DNA of 25,775 nt. Origin: Chthonomonas calidirosea. Lineage in GTDB: Bacteria; Armatimonadota; Chthonomonadetes; Chthonomonadales; CAJBBX01. Both the position numbers and the translations under genes were made by a program. The DNA lies in contig DYKI01000026.1 in NCBI GenBank assembly GCA_020722705.1, positions 9,220 through 34,994 of the forward strand. The letters are read 5' to 3'. Positions within the stretch are counted from its first letter, which is position 1, and each line of letters begins with the position of its first letter. Under the pieces are notes generated by a model. It worked only from the letters and a program-made list of their open reading frames with translations, was not told the DNA's origin and made no database searches. Below, in pieces: positions 24,773 through 25,775 of this stretch.

Positions 24773-25775
24773 TTGCATACAGATGCATCGTCAGGATGGG
24801 CAAACGACGAGCTGACCCTGGTGCTTATCGGGATCGTGCTGGCGCTGACGCTGATAGCCGGCGGCATCAGGTGGTTGCGGCTTGAGAGCTTGAGGCGGGC
24901 GGCCCGCATGACGTTCTCTCATGGGGGAGCGCTCCAGGAGGGACCTGACGGACCGGCACCGTTCGGTCCGGGCAACACGGCCTTGGCTACAGAAGACACC
25001 GTCGTTCCGCACTGGGTGGATGGGTCCGACTCGCATCAGTGGCTTGACAGAGGCGAGTACGCCACCTATGGAGCGATGAGTGCCGCAGCCATCGTGTGGG
25101 GATGGGCGAGCATTGATCCCGACATCGTGGCGGCCGCCGACTTCGCTTCCGAAGCGGGGATCCGCAACGGGTTCGACTTCGCGCAGTATATCCACGCTCA
25201 TATGGACGGGCTCAGGGAGGCTGCGAAAGAGGGTTTCCTCTCTCGCTTGCAGGGCTACATCGGTGAGCGCCAGGTTGCCGACATTCTGATGGCCCAGGGG
25301 CACACCGTGGAGCTTGCCGCGACCGCGAATCAGCCGATCTGGGACCTGCTGATGGACGGGCATGCCGTCAACGTGAAGACGGTGGCGGAGACTGCCTCCG
25401 TCCTGGACGTCGCGGCGGATCATCCCGACGTCACGTACATCGTGCCTGCCGATGCTCACGGCGAAACGGCGCACAACGTGCTTCGGCTGGAGGGCTTCAG
25501 CCACGAAACAGCGAAGGAGGCCGTCCATGAGAGCATCGCCGCTGCTCACGGCGATACGGCGCTTCAGTGGATCATGCATAACGTGCCGTGGGTGACGCTG
25601 GGGTTCTCGGCTTTGAGGCAATACCACGCGGTGGAGAAGGGGAAACCGATCGGCGTCGCTATCCATCACGGTCTGGCCGACACAGTAGGCAGGGGAGGCG
25701 GGGCTATCCTCGGAGCGAAAGCAGGGGCCGCCATCGGCACGCTCGTCGGACCAGTGGGCACGCTTGTCGGCGCTG
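24773..25775 (+). CDS. Partial ORF (more than 334 codons, no stop before the window end). N-terminal single TM helix, a central region with a NERD/YraN-like PD-(D/E)xK-type motif, and a C-terminal glycine-zipper segment. Start tentative: TTG at 24773 with an AGGAG 8 nt upstream; first ATG at 24908.
   Basis: TM LTLVLIGIVLALTLIAGGI. GYIGERQVADILMAQGHTVELAATANQPIWDLLMDGHAVNVKT resembles G..GE..A..L...G......(D)L.......V.VKT of YraN/NERD nuclease folds (E replaced by N). C-terminus GRGGGAILGAKAGAAIGTLVGPVGTLVGA is a GxxxG glycine zipper. Third-position GC is high; the antisense 292-aa ORF is Arg-rich junk. Confidence 0.55.
   Translation, partial: MHTDASSGWANDELTLVLIGIVLALTLIAGGIRWLRLESLRRAARMTFSHGGALQEGPDGPAPFGPGNTALATEDTVVPHWVDGSDSHQWLDRGEYATYGAMSAAAIVWGWASIDPDIVAAADFASEAGIRNGFDFAQYIHAHMDGLREAAKEGFLSRLQGYIGERQVADILMAQGHTVELAATANQPIWDLLMDGHAVNVKTVAETASVLDVAADHPDVTYIVPADAHGETAHNVLRLEGFSHETAKEAVHESIAAAHGDTALQWIMHNVPWVTLGFSALRQYHAVEKGKPIGVAIHHGLADTVGRGGGAILGAKAGAAIGTLVGPVGTLVGA

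Noticed and set aside
24791-25669. 292-aa minus-strand ORF
   Set aside because: Antisense to the better-supported plus-strand TM / NERD-like / Gly-zipper ORF. Translation is Arg/His/Pro-rich with no hydrophobic segments or motifs.

Overview
GC-rich bacterial chromosomal window (roughly two-thirds G+C by eye; no rRNA or intact tRNA). Gene content points to a glycan / sulfated-polymer degrading lifestyle, as in Planctomycetota- or Verrucomicrobiota-like genomes (inference). Calls, left to right: orphan sensor histidine kinase; convergent minus-strand operon of Cys-type sulfatase, anaerobic sulfatase-maturating radical-SAM enzyme (with C-terminal SEC-C motif) and GNAT acetyltransferase; DUF951 protein; secreted hypothetical with NEW3/CARDB-like C-terminus; Ig-like + TPR protein; PfkB sugar kinase; M55 D-aminopeptidase (DppA-like); xylose-isomerase-like TIM-barrel protein; disrupted oligogalacturonide-lyase-like gene; Gfo/Idh/MocA oxidoreductase; PQQ-like beta-propeller protein; SAM methyltransferase; TumE/DUF6516-like two-gene module; minus-strand operon of two GH-A-clan glycoside hydrolases, an Fe-S L-serine dehydratase and an ornithine-cyclodeaminase-family enzyme; SPFH/band-7 protein; and an AT-richer right-hand end carrying a tRNA 3' fragment, a transposase-OrfA-like HTH remnant and a partial ORF for a membrane-anchored NERD/YraN-like protein ending in a glycine zipper. 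Most striking directly visible signal: a family of at least 8 copies of a palindromic element, core GACGGCG-AGGA-CGCCGTC-CCTCCC. It occurs as a tandem array at the window start, as solo hairpins, as a 163-bp composite MITE-like element with inverted termini, and as an in-frame 60-bp insertion inside the anSME coding sequence with a 10-bp direct repeat. Many long ORFs in the track are antisense artefacts of high GC and were rejected. All family assignments rest on motif recognition by eye; no database search was run.
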